DNA of 64,000 nt from the human T2T-CHM13v2.0 reference genome, Homo sapiens. The notes under the pieces are model-generated. The model worked only from the letters and a program-made list of their open reading frames with translations. It was not told the DNA's origin and made no database searches. Of this stretch, positions 14,947 through 27,592 are shown in pieces. The translations under genes and the position numbers were made by a program. Within the stretch, counting starts at the first letter, position 1. Every line of letters begins with the position of its first letter. The stretch lies in the NCBI RefSeq assembly GCF_009914755.1, contig NC_060937.1. The stretch is one strand, 5' to 3'.

Positions 14947-15427
14947 ATTTCTTTCATTTATAAAATGTCAAGCACTATAGAAAATTAACAATACTGTAGT
15001 ATTAGTTCGTATACCTGTTTCAAAAACATGTATATACATGGCTTTAAAAACTTGTATATACATGCTTTAAAAACAGTGGAAAAATGTATATATGATTCAA
15101 GAGGTCTCAACAATTTTAGTTATTTTCAAAGTTTATCATCTTTTTTTCTAATTTAATTTGGACAACAAGCATCTACAATATAAACTGATTCATGTAAGTA
15201 TATAGTAAGACTAAATTAAAAGAGAATTTGATATGAAGAATATGCTAGTTCAAAAGTTTAAATTTAATAAAACCTATTTTTATTTCCTTGCATGCTATAA
15301 CCTAAACTCATGCATATGTCCCTTTGTGCTAATTCATCAAAAATTATTTTAAAAATAGTGCTAGGTAAAATTTGATATATAGCGTAATGAAAAATATTAA
15401 GTAATGTCAAATAATTATCTTAGCAAC

Positions 15428-15920
15428 TGTGGTAGGCTGTAAAGCAAAATCATACCTATGTCCTAATCCCTAGAACCTGCAAGTATCACTTTATTTAGAA
15501 AAGGGGGCTGTACAGATGTATTTTATAAAACAACCTTGAAACAAGTTTACCATCCTTGGTAATTGGGTGGGCTCTAAATGTCATCACAAATATCCCTGCA
15601 AGAGAGACAGAGATTAGACCACCATACACCCAGAGAAGAGGGCAATGCAAAGATAAGCAGAAAGATGTGACCACATACAGAATGCCAACAGCCACCAGAA
15701 CTTGAAAGTAATGAGGAACAGATTTTACCCTGTAACTTTGTGGTAATTCATCAAAAATTATTTTAAAAGTAGGGCTATGTAGTCACTGGAGGGAGTGTGA
15801 TCCTACTGACACCTTCATTTCAGACTCCTGAACTCTAGAGCTGTGAAATAACAAATTTCTGTTGTTTTAAGCCACCAATTTATGCTGATGTGTCTATGGG
15901 AACTAATGTAAACTAATACA
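15428..15920 (+). mobile_element. MLT1 (B/C/D-like) solo LTR
   Basis: Starts 'tgtggtaggctg...tgtcctaatccctagaacctg' and ends 'tttctgttgttttaagccacc...aaactaataca'. Carries a 46-bp insertion from the flank (see findings). Confidence 0.85.
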
Positions 15921-18382
15921 ATAGGTCATGTTAATTAAGTGCTGACTGTTTCAGGCATTCTTTTAAGGCTTTTCTTCTGTTCACTCATTCAAGCTGTGAA
16001 AGATTAAGTAGTAGCCTGCATTTACCACGTTCCTCTTCAGAGCAAGTATTGTTCTAAGCATTTCACATAGTTATTCAGGCAGTATTTGAATCCACACAGC
16101 TTGACAAGACAATCTGGACTTTCAACCATTCTGCTATCTTGTCTTTAAATAGGTTATTAGTTTATTCAAGTTAGTTTATTTTTTCCGTAATATACTATCC
16201 ATGGGAGCAAATAATCAGAGCTATCTATGAATTGTGGCTACACTGAAAAATTGCTTAGATAATGAATGCTGTTGACAGAAAATTTGTCTTAAGAGTTTAG
16301 ATTAATTTGCAAATATAATTCTCAGAACCAAAAATTATACTCAGTGTAAATGGATATTGTTACAGCTTCCATGTAAATTTCAATTTCATAATCAATTTTG
16401 AGCCTTTCTGTAATGAGAAATGACAAAATAATCTTAATAATGAACTGGCATGTTAATTCCAAATACTCTTCACCCGACAACATCTATTGTATTTAAACAT
16501 CTGTTTTCAGTTTTAAACAGAATTTTAAAAATCATTAAAGAACACTATTTCAAATAAACTTGTAAACCTTAGAATGTGTTTGCAATTATAGAATACAATG
16601 TTTGGAATTCACTGCATAAATACCTCAAAGTTTTTCTGTTACTATTTATTCCCAGTGACTCAGCAAGTAGCTGAGACCTACTTTCCATATTCTTTTTCTC
16701 TGTATATTGTTAACATACCCCCTCATTAACATCCTACATACATGCCACACACACCTACATGTACTCACACATGATAATTTTAGGTATTTTGGGAAAATAC
16801 AAAAAAAAAAATCTACTACATTTTTCCAATGCTAAAATAATTTAATAAGAAGGATTGTTAACAATAGTAACCTTATCTAAATCATTAATAATATGTGTGT
16901 ATATATACATATATATATGTGTAGATACATATGTACATATATAGTTTATATCATCATTTATGCTATTAGTTCAAATACTCATATGATGACTTCACATATA
17001 ACCTATTTTTGGTGGCAATAGGTCTGTGAGCAGTAAACTATGAAGAATCAGTTATACAGGGGCAGATAAGTGAAACCATTGTTTAGTTAGGCTACTGAAA
17101 CCATCATATTTATATGTTTTGAAGGATTTTATAATTATTAAATATTGGGGAACAAAATAATTTGTCATTTTAGTTTATAAAATTGGAATTATATACATTT
17201 ATTTTTGGTATCAATAATGGTTTTAAACAGTGAGGAGTGTTGACATTAATAATTTATTTTTTTCTCCCTTTATATGTGTAGCCTTGCCATTAAGAGTTCA
17301 GTAGCACTTTTCTATCTAGAACAGACATTTCTGTAATTTAAGCAACTGGAGCAGTTAACTCTACTGTATCAGTTCCTGGCCTTTTCTCTGTCATGTTCCT
17401 GCTCATTCCATGTAGTTCATTAGGGTATGGTTAAAAACACAAAATTGGTAATAAAAGTTACATACTGGGAACAGGTCGCAGACTTCTGAAATAAGTCACA
17501 ATACTCAGCCCAGATTCTGATATGGGTTTTCCGTGTTAGGTGATCCATTGCTTCTTTCCCATATCTAATCCCTGTATCCTGAGTTGTATCTCCTTATGGG
17601 ACCTTACAAAGCAATGAAACAACTGAGCCAAAGCTGCTTTTGAGTATTTCAGAAACTTTAAGCCATAATACCATTAAACAGAACCCAAATCCAAACATTT
17701 TTACTCTTAGTCCAAGTTTTATCAGAAAAGTCAAGAAGATGCACAGGACACTAGCTTTTGAAAGACAATTTCATGATGCCATAAAGGCTCTGTAAAGGGA
17801 GACAGTTGTCATATTTAGGTGCCTTATTTCAAGTTAGGCTGTAGCTGCTGTTAGATAGGATGGAAATTTATATTGAAGATAAAGACACATATTTTCATGG
17901 TTTCAAACAAAAACCTAGATAGAAGCCTAGTGGACAGTCCTCATGCCATAAGAGTAAAAGGTAACTGGGTAAAATTTACAGCAATAGTGTCAACTCCATT
18001 AAGGAAGTAAGTCTTAAGCAATAGCTGAAAATCTTATGAACATGAATTTCACAGCTAGATACTAAATCAGCCACTTTGGTCTTGAAATGCATCAAAATAA
18101 CACAGCTCTAATATGTGAAATTTCTTGGGATTTGTACTTCTAATGGCCATTTTAACTGTTATTAGAATATTTGCTCTAAATGTTTTCGGAGACTTGTAGT
18201 GAACTGAAAGCATGATCTAGCTCCTAAAGCATTCAGTTTTATTCGTCAGTCTATCCATTAATTTATTTAGTCATCATTTGTTTATTTATTCATCCTGTTA
18301 GTTACACGATTGTTGCATGTTAGAGAAATTAAATATTTAATATGTAATGGTGTACAAAAGGTAACATTTGAATTCATAAAGC

Positions 18383-18499
18383 ATACATTGAAGTGGAAAT
18401 TTAAAATCACACATAAAATGCATAATTATAATTACAGATAAATGCATTGAAATGAAAATTTAAAATCGCACATAAAATGCATAATTATAATTACAGATA
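18383..18499. repeat. Tandem duplication, 59-bp period, 2 copies
   Basis: 'aaatttaaaatc(a/g)cacataaaatgcataattataattacagata' occurs twice. Confidence 0.92.
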
Positions 18500-18536
18500 C
18501 GTGTTATCGAAGAAGAAATACAGAATGTAAGAAAAT

Positions 18537-18798
18537 AATACAGTAGGAAGATCTCCACAGCTTTGTCCAGGGGGGGAGGGGTAAAAATAACAAAATATTT
18601 TTTAGAAAGCATTCAACTTCCCGACTTGATATAGAAATTTGATCAAAATTTCAGAAAGGAATAAAATACAGTTGGAAGATCTCTGCAGCTTTGTGCAGGG
18701 AAGGGGAGGGGAGCAGCAAAAACAATAACATAGTTTTAGAAAGCATTCAACTTCCTGGCTTGATATACAAATTTAATCAAAATTTCAGAAGGAGAATA
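18537..18798. repeat. Tandem duplication, ~128-bp period, 2 diverged copies
   Basis: 'aatacagt(a/t)ggaagatctc...ttttagaaagcattcaacttcc...atcaaaatttcagaa' occurs twice. Confidence 0.9.
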
Positions 18799-19292
18799 GA
18801 CAATATCTCAAAAAGCACAACTATGGGAAACTCAAGCTTAGCTTTCTTTTTCTTTTTTTTGCCTTTAACCATCAAAAATCAGAAATTTACAAACAGTAAC
18901 AAATCTGAAGTTTTTTTTAAAAAAGGTAGAAAAGTTTATTATTTTCTGCACGATGCATGGTCTTTATAATGTTGATTAATTAAATCTTATAAGAAAGAAA
19001 AAATAGTGTTCCCAACATATATATTTGAATATACATGTTACATGTGTATTAAAAAGAAAACAAAATTACTCTAGATGATTTATAATTTCAATAAAATTTC
19101 AATTATATTATAACAGATTTTTTTAATAACGTAATTCTAGTATCAGAATAGCATTCTCCCTGTAAACAACTAACAAATTAAATAAAGCATCTTTTTCAAG
19201 AGTTACAGGTAAAAAGCAAAATAGGCCTGCGTTTCTTCAGAGAGAGGAAATCCAAGGTAAGCCTGTGATTGCTTTCTCATTGGAGTATGTTA

Positions 19293-19370
19293 GACCTGTG
19301 CTAGCCAATGTAGTAGCCATTGACTACATGAAGCTGTTCAAATTTAAATTAATTAAGATTTGAAATTCCA
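19293..19370. mobile_element. MER3-like (hAT-Charlie) fragment
   Basis: 'ctgtgctagccaatgtagtagccattgactacatgaagctgttcaaatttaaattaattaa'. Confidence 0.65.
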
Positions 19371-19912
19371 TATCTTACAGTGCATCTGTGGAGCATCCCT
19401 ATGCTTTGGCCTGTTCTTCCTTATTGATAGCTATTGTTTCAAACTATGTAATGTTTTTTCTTCTAACTTCAGAAATTCCTCCACTTATTTTTTTATAAAG
19501 GCTAAGTTATATAGTGTAATGAGCTTATTTTCTTTTCCTCAATATTTATTTATGTGCCTGGCCTGTTTTCTGTTGCTAAATATGTAACCATTAACTGATG
19601 CAATGAATATGTCCTAAAACATTTCCAGTATGCTAGTCTTTGAGGCCTTCACAGCTCCTGGGCCCCACAGGTACTCACACACCCATACCCAACAATAAGG
19701 TAAGCCTAGTTGCCCATTCTATCTCATGTCAATGCTTTAAACCCCTTCTTAATTTTCACTTAGGGGTATCCTTGTTTTTCAAACACTTTCATAAAAATTT
19801 CCACTTCATTAAGTGCTCTTTCAATATACATACTGGGATAAAGGAACCCTGTTGGCTGAATGAAAATTGGTCCAGGCCAATTGTGCTGAAACACAGGAGC
19901 CTGCCAAATCCT

Positions 19913-20101
19913 CAGGGTTGCCAAGTAAAATATAGTATCCCCATTACATTTGAACTTCAGATAATCAATTATGTCTTTCAGGAGACATTCAAAATATGCA
20001 TTGGGCACATGTATTTTTTTTTAAGAAAGTATTCCTTGATTATCTGAAATTCAAAATTAACTGGTGTCCTGAATTTGTATTAGCTGAATCTAGCAAGCTT
20101 A
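19913..20101 (-). mobile_element. MER53 palindromic hAT MITE
   Basis: 'cagggttgcca...tttgaacttcagataa' pairs as an inverted repeat with 'ttatctgaaattcaaa...aatctagcaagctta'. Confidence 0.8.
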
Positions 20102-20200
20102 GAGTGTATGATGGAAAATATTGTCCTTTTTGGTATCTAATCTAATCTAATAACACTTTGGAAGTGTTATTCCAATGCTGCAGAACACTAAAGTGATGCT

Positions 20201-20218
20201 TGACGTCATGACGTGGCA
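20201..20218. promoter_or_regulatory. Adjacent bZIP motifs: full CRE (TGACGTCA) plus CREB3/XBP1-type site (TGACGTGGCA)
   Basis: The sequence is tgacgtcatgacgtggca. This is a motif match only, with no functional evidence. Confidence 0.35.
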
Positions 20219-21046
20219 AATGTGATGTGGGTCAGGGACATGGGTCTTTCTGTGCGGGCAAGAATACACACATCTGAAGTGTAGATTTAATCCTTTACTT
20301 AAGATGTAAAAAAAGTTAAAGTGCTGCATGTGTTGAATAATAGAGGTTACATGCTAAGTCAGGTCTGGAACAGAGGGGCTGAAGCTGTTCATAGTACCTC
20401 CATAGGGCGCTCAGACTGGGATTTTTTTCAGAGTGATTATTTGAAGAAAGGAGATATCTCAGCATCCTGCTTAGTCTGTTAGTAGGCCTGAGGTTAAAAT
20501 ATCATGGTTCTTTGATATTTAGTTCTACCTACTAACACAAAAGCCTCTTTCAGGACGAAAGCAGCCCTGGGCACTCTCTACTCAGGATTTCTGACTTTCC
20601 CTAGCCAGAAACCCACTATTCCTTCAACCACAATCCAGGGTTAGTTATTCAAGAAAGTGAAGATTTTCTCTTAAATGTTAAAAGTATAAATATTTTGTAA
20701 ATTTTTTTGGACAATTGTGCTTAACTCTTCAATATCTACATCTATGGAATCTCAAGCTATTTATTTATAAGTGCCTTTTATAAATATTTAAGAGAACCAT
20801 TAAAGGGACTCTTCAATGCTTTTTTGGTCCCAAGAATCTTCTGTCTCTCTTTATATTTTGAAATAGTTGCTATTTTTGGAGAGAGTGCCAAACGGCTGAA
20901 AAGTAAATAAATGCTAATTTGAAGGGAAGCAGGCCATCCATCTGGTGAGACATCATTGTGCAAATAAATTGATGGTTTCTTCTGTTTCCTCAGTCCTGAC
21001 TTTTGTTTCTAGTAATATATCGATGCCAGGTATTGTTCTTAGTGAT

Positions 21047-21047
<1 letters not shown>

Positions 21048-21084
<37 letters not shown>

Positions 21085-21465
21085 GTGTGTATATATATAT
21101 ATATATATACACACATATAGTCTATATATATACACATATATATAGTCTATATATATACACATATATATAGTCTATATATATACACATATATATAGTCTAT
21201 ATATATGTATATATATAGAGAGACTATATATAGACTATATTAAATGACTATATATACATAAATGACTATATTATATTTATATATAGTTATTTAACACAGT
21301 ATATATATTGTCATTTAATAGAGTCTATATATATTTATATATAGTCATTTAATATAGTCACTGAAATATAGTCATTTAATCATTTAATTAGTTTTAATAT
21401 GGTCATTTAATTAGAAGGTGTACTTAGTGACTATATACATATATACACACATACACACACAAAAA
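21048..21465. repeat. AT-rich low-complexity tract including a 25-bp minisatellite (tagtctatatatatacacatatata, ~3.5 copies, 21118-21206)
   Basis: Units start at 21118, 21143, 21168 and 21193, flanked by (TA)n/(TG)n. Confidence 0.9.
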
Positions 21466-21469
21466 CCTA

Positions 21470-21503
21470 TAGTCATTTAATCCTTATAATATCCTATGAG
21501 TTG

Positions 21504-21546
<43 letters not shown>

Positions 21547-21690
21547 TTTACCAGTGAGGAAACTTTAGAACAAAGAGATGAAGTTATTTGAACAAAATGT
21601 ACACAGATAGTATGCTGGTATTTGTTAGAACTGAGAATTGTACTCCATGTTCTGGTTCTAATGTTTATTGTTTGAACCACTCAGCTGTAC
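21470..21690 (-). mobile_element. MIR with an internal (TTA)n expansion at ~21505-21544
   Basis: 'tcatttaatccttataatatcctatgagttggtattatt...tttaccagtgaggaaact'. Confidence 0.75.
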
Positions 21691-21789
21691 AACTTGTTGG
21701 CCTCTCATTAGCTACATATTTGTACATTGGGAGTCTTCAAAGTTAATGTGAAATTACATTAACTTGTATTAGTCAAAGGTCTTACCCTA

Positions 21790-22480
21790 TACCCAATCAC
21801 CCAAGTTAGAACATCCAGTCCACTCCCTACTCTTCCTCATGTGCACAAGTTTTACTGACTCTGTTACTAAAAACAAACAAAAAACTTTCTCAAGAACACA
21901 ATTATGCTTTTTATTTCTGTTTTTATTTATTTATTTTTGAAAGCCTCAACCCCTTTTGTATGGATTTAAAACCAAAAATGTTTATTTTCCTGACACTGGA
22001 TCCTTTCTGATTTCATTTCAGTTGTTATAATGCCTCCAGAGAATTTACGCTAAACAGGAAGCCAATTGCATTGCTTTTCATTAACATGAAATCCTCTTGA
22101 TTTTATCTTCCATCAGTACCTGGGCCATAAGGAAACTAACAAAGGCATAGGATAAATTGCCTGGTATTGTGAGTAAAGATTTCTTAAAGTAGTTGGGAAC
22201 CTGATGTTAAAAACTAATAGAAATTAAACACAGAAATAAATAACAAGTAACATTCTTAGCTTTTCTCAGGTGGACTTTCAAAGATACTGGTATTTATGCT
22301 TCAAACACTCCTCCTCTTTGCCTGAATAATTCGTATTTCTCTGTCAGTCCTTAGTTTTGGTAAGACTTTCTCTGGGAAGTCTTCTTGACACACCAGGAAT
22401 AAGTTTCCCACAAAATAGTACTTATTATTCTACATTTTAGTTGTTTTTTTAGATTCCATACACCTTTCTGGACTCTATAT
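21790..22480 (+). mobile_element. Patchy L2 remnants
   Basis: 'aatcacccaagttagaacatc' and 'ctttctctgggaagtcttcttgacac' resemble L2 3'-region motifs. Confidence 0.4.
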
Positions 22481-23429
22481 GAAAACAACCCATTAGTCTC
22501 AAATAGCTTCAGCTTGTACCAAAATTATGCTTCCTTCAATTTTCTGTCTTTACTCTTGCATATAATTGGTTTCCACTCTCATGAATCCTAGGAAGGGGGA
22601 GTGTGGAGTGGGAAGTGTGAGTTGAAGTGTATCTTTGCTTATTTGTCTAAATTCACTATAGCCAATTACCTCTTCTTTGGAAGACTCTAAGCCTTTTTAT
22701 GGTGCCAGAAGTGTCTACAGTGAACTATTAGCTAGTTTTTGATAAGTATTGTTATAAAAGTCTCCTAAAGTGTCTCTGTTCCTTCATGATTTTTAAATTT
22801 CAGTGCCATCATTATTATTCACTAGATATGTGGAATCTACAAATCTCCCCAAACACACACACTCAGACACACACAAAACACACACAAAAAGCACAGATTC
22901 TGAACAGCAGTAACTTTTAAATGTACAGTTATGTTAACAAGAAGATACAGGAATAACAAAAACAATTGTGGAAGAATGGAATTAGTATGAATACGAAGAT
23001 TCTGTCACTGAAGCCCTGAGAGTATTTAATTACACATTATCATATTAAATTACCATACATCAAAAAGATTAAACTTGTTACACAAGGCAAAAGATATATT
23101 ACAACACATAGGAAGGATGGGTATTTAAATTTGACACTCAATTACAAAGCTGGATATTAGGACAGGTTACAATATCAAAAAAATGGTAGATCAGGAATGG
23201 CATAATGATACAGATTAACTTGTTAATCTTGGATTTAACAATTTTAGAGAGAAAATTTCCTCCATGAGAAGTGTTAACTATAGTTCTGACATCATTGGAG
23301 TTGGAGTTAAAATGGGAATTATCTGGGAAACCCTAAGAGCATTCATACTAAAGTCTATAATCCTGGGTGGCATCATATAACATTTAATTATCCTCAAGTG
23401 AAACAGTGCTGCAATCCAGGCCCTCCAAT

Positions 23430-24011
23430 ATTTTCATAGATTCAGTTCAGTTAAACACAAGCCCAAATCCAAAACTGGAAATACAAGAAAATTGTGAGAA
23501 AGAGAGACACCAAGAGACATAATCAGCAAAAACAACAAAATGAAAATCAACCATCCTACGTCCAAAGCATTTGATACTTGAAGAACACAACATAAGCTAC
23601 AAAATCTATATTTCTTAATGTTCAGAAAAAGAAAGTACATAAAATTTTATCTGAGAGCTTTAAATCAAAACCAGTGGAACTTCAAATGTAAAAAATATAA
23701 TAAGGATTGAATGTCTACTAGTTCAGTTAAATATCAGATTAGACACTAATGGCAAATAAACTAGTAAACTTTAAGTCACACATAATATAATCATCTGAAG
23801 TATACTCCAATAAGAGAAAGACATAGAAATTTAAAGGCCAGTGCAAGACATCAAAACTGGATTGAGGACATATAATACAGCTAACCTGAGAGTCAATGTT
23901 GAAAGAGATAATGACAGAACATTATAAGAATGTTCATTAGTCAGGCTCCCTTATATTCAGGAAGCAAAATTTCTCTCAAGCAAAACAGTACATATATATA
24001 TGTGTGTGTGT

Positions 24012-24065
<54 letters not shown>

Positions 24066-24450
24066 ACGTCACCATAACGGATGCCAAAGGGGTAGAAGAA
24101 GAGATATTGAAAATAAATGAGAAAGAAAGCAGATAGCCTATATGATGATGAGTTTAATCAGAGGCTCTACAGAAGTTAACCATGGAATTAGAAAGATAGT
24201 GGAAAGTTGTTTTTAAAAGGGTGAAAGAAATCACATCAGCCTACAATTGTATCCTTAGTAATCTGTCAACCTGGAATAAAACACAATAGAAAACGTGTAG
24301 AAATTACTATAACAAGTGCTAAAGACATTCTTCAGGAAGAAGAAAATGTCAGAAGGATGATTTGAGGTAAAATAAGAAATTTTAAAAAACAGAATTAATA
24401 AAATTAAAAGTAATTATGAATACAATTTTGCTTCATAAAAACACCAAATA
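23430..24450 (+). mobile_element. Ancient L1M ORF1-region remnant containing (TG)n at ~24001-24062
   Basis: A-rich plus strand with degenerate ORF1-like stretches ('agatagtggaaagttgtttttaaaagggtgaaagaaa', 'gtgctaaagacattcttcagg'). Confidence 0.55.
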
Positions 24451-25249
24451 TAGTTTTTTCTTTTTCTTTTTCTTTTCCAATATGGCAGATTAAAAGCTTT
24501 TAGCATGTGTCAGGCACTTGGAAATAGCAAAATACTGCATAAAGATAAATTCTGCGAGCTTTAACTCAAGAAGGAAAATGGAAATTCACCACAATAGTGA
24601 AGGACACCTCTGATCCTGCAGAGAAGGAGGTGGGCAAGCAGCTTCTCTAACGGCATCTGACTAATAAAAATGACTGAACCTCCTGTACATGAGAAGGGCA
24701 GAGAGTCTTCCATTGTGACTCAACTTTCCACTAAGTGACATGTATAATCCAGGCCAAGGGAGAGCATTTTGCTTCTCTCAAGTCTTGGAGCTAACCTGGG
24801 AAGAGGTTGGACATGCTGAGAGGGAAAGACATGGGGAAAATCTGCTGCCATTTTCCAAGACCTGCAACAGAGAGGAGGATTCCATTTTTAATCCAGGCTC
24901 TTGCAAAGTCAGTCATGTCTGGTGACACAGCAGGACAGGCACACAGGTATTATAATCTCAGGCCAGAGATTGAAGTGCTTGCTCTAAAGGGGTGGAAGGG
25001 CCCCTACAGCCAGAATTGAGTAGCAGGTGTGGAAAGCATCCCAGCACTAGACAATAGACTTGGGCTATCTCCCATCACAGACTGGAGTGGGAAGAGAGTT
25101 GTTGAAACTGAGGTTTCTCCTGAGCAGAAAGACTTGAAGACAGGGAGAGTTTTGTATCCCGAAACTTTTCTGCATGTGTCATTGCTGGGTGCCTCTGCCC
25201 GCTCCCCTGAGATCATGAGGGGAGGCCTGAGGCCCTCTCTACTCTAGCC

Positions 25250-26460
25250 CCAGGCAGAACATCTGGCATTTAGAGTACACATTTGCCTGGACCAGCAGCC
25301 TGAGCCACCCACCCTTTCTGGGCACAGATCATGGTGCAGCAGAGCCCTCTCTGCTCCATGCTCAGGGAAATCTCCAGACATCTGGAGTACACATTAGCCC
25401 AAGTCAGCAACCTAAGGCACCCTACCCGTTTTGTGCAGAGATCTTCATGAAGTGGTGAAGCAGTGCAGCCTCCACTCCATGCCTGGCATATTTCTAGGTA
25501 TTTGCTGCACCCCCTTGCCTGGATTAGCTGCCTGGGCTGCTCCCTCTTTCCTGCAAAGATGTTGTTGCATCACTGGGTACTCACCTCCTTGCTGGGGGAC
25601 AATGAAAATACCTCCTTTCCTGGATTAGCGTAAGCTACCCCCCTTTCTCCTGCAAAGACCTTGTTGCAGTGGCAGTTTTTTGAATCCTCTCCAGGGAATA
25701 CTTCCAGCCACCCACTCACCTGGAGAGCCTGAGCTGCCCCTCTTGCTATGCAAAGACCTTGGTGTAGCAGCACACTCTCTGCACACTCTCTCAGCACACT
25801 CACCTGGAAAGCCTGAGCTGCTCTTCCTTCTGTGCAAAGACCTTGGTAAGGGAGCACACTCTCTGCTCTATGCCCAGACATATCTCCAGGCCTTTGGTAC
25901 ACATGCTCCCTAGAATAGGAGCTTGAGCTGTCATCCCCTTCCCACACACACAAAAAAGCTTGGTATAGTAATACTCCCTCTGCTCCACACCCAGACATAA
26001 GTCCAGGCATTTGGCATACCTACTCCAGTGGGTTAGAAGTTTGAGCCACCCCCCCCTTCCTTCCTATGCAGAGATCTTGTTGTGCCAGCAGTTTACTTCT
26101 TCCCAGGCATATTATCCATCATGAGGTGCACCTGTCCCCCTGGAGTAGGAGTTGATCCACCCATCCTGTCTACCGCAATGATCTTATGGCAGCAATGACT
26201 TCTCCACTCCTTTCCAAGTCATATTTCCACATATCTGGCACACCCACTTTCCTGACAACATTCTAAGCCACCTCTCCCTTCAGGTGTAAAATCTTGGTGC
26301 ACCAGTGCTCTCTCTGCTCAATGTCCAGACATATCTCAAGACATTTGGAGCACACAGTCTTCTAGATTAGGAGTTTAGACATCACTACTTTCCATGCACA
26401 GTACTTGAGGCAGTGGAAGTTACACAACTCCATCTCTACAAACACCTCTGGATACTTGGC
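25250..26460 (+). repeat. Diverged tandem array of ~11 monomers (~85-120 bp) in the L1 5'UTR
   Basis: A recurring anchor like 'gcagagatcttggtgcagcag' occurs near 25328, 25440, 25558, 25657, 25755, 25839, 25958, 26073, 26180, 26290 and 26401. Confidence 0.8.
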
Positions 26461-27592
26461 AGCCTCCCACTGGATACCCCCGTGGAACTGGTGCTTGTGC
26501 TTGCCATTGGGGAAACTGTAGGTGGGCCTGGCTGGTGTGGTTTTGCCCTTCTTGGTCTCTCCTCCTCTAAGCCTGAGCAAGGAGGGAGCTCAGTCCATTG
26601 CGCATTCCAGAGATCAGCCTGAGGCAGGGAAAGTTTGCCTTAGCAAAGTAGGATCCAGTATAAATCCATCCACATTGGCTGGAGCAGCTTTTACCCATAA
26701 GTGCCACCTACTGGCCTGGATGTTAAAGAGCACAACACACAGGAAATTTGGCAGAGGCACAAAGCACTGGGGGAGCAGTTTCCTAAGACTTCCACCATCC
26801 TGGCCCACAGGAGGGAGTCAGCCTGCTCACACTCCAAGCACATTGCTACTACAACCAGCATTTGGGGAAGCCACTATACAAAGGCTATCTATAACCAAAG
26901 ATCTTATACTGACTGCCTTGGAAAATACCCAGAACCAAAGTCAATGGACCCTACACAACATCATACGTTATACTTCCTTAGGATTGGATTGGGGTGTGGG
27001 GGAAAATACTATTCAAACAAAAGCAATATTAAAACATAAGGAGAGGTAGCTTATCCAAATATGAAGAAAAAAAAAACAGAGAAACAAATCAGAAGGCATA
27101 AAAACAAAAAACAAAAAAAGAAAATCTGAAAAAACAGTGATACAGCACTCCAGAAAGGGAACATTAACTCTCCAAAAACTGAATTCTAACCAAATTGAAA
27201 TTTTAAAAATATCAGACAAATATTTTAAAATATTAATTTTAAAGAAGCTCTATGAGATCTAAGTGAAAACTAAAAATCTACACAAAGAAATCAGGAAAGC
27301 CATTCAGGACAGGAAAGAATGAGATAGACACCATAAAACAAAACAAAACAAAACAAATACAATTCTGGAAACAAACAAAACAAATTATTGAAGGAGTTAC
27401 AAAATATGGCTGAAAGCTTTAATAATAGGCTAGACCAAATGGAAGAAATAATTTCAGAGCGGAAGACAGATCTTTCAAATTAACCCAGTCAGAGAAAAAT
27501 TTTTAAAAAGAGAAAAAAAAGAAATATCTGAGAAATATGGGATTATATAAAATGTGCAAACCTATGAGTTATAGCTATTCCAGAAAGAGAAG

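Noticed and set aside
15022-15074. 24-bp tandem pair containing the palindrome catgtatatacatg (and a 14-bp pair at ~44801-44828)
   Set aside because: Short AT-rich slippage duplications of this size are commonplace.
19640-20047. 135-aa ORF in mostly unique DNA
   Set aside because: It has a non-ATG start, runs into MER53, and shows no recognisable homology.
25431-27049. ORFs with repeated peptide motifs (e.g. 25570-26010, 26522-27049)
   Set aside because: They are translations of the L1 5'UTR monomer array and adjacent UTR.
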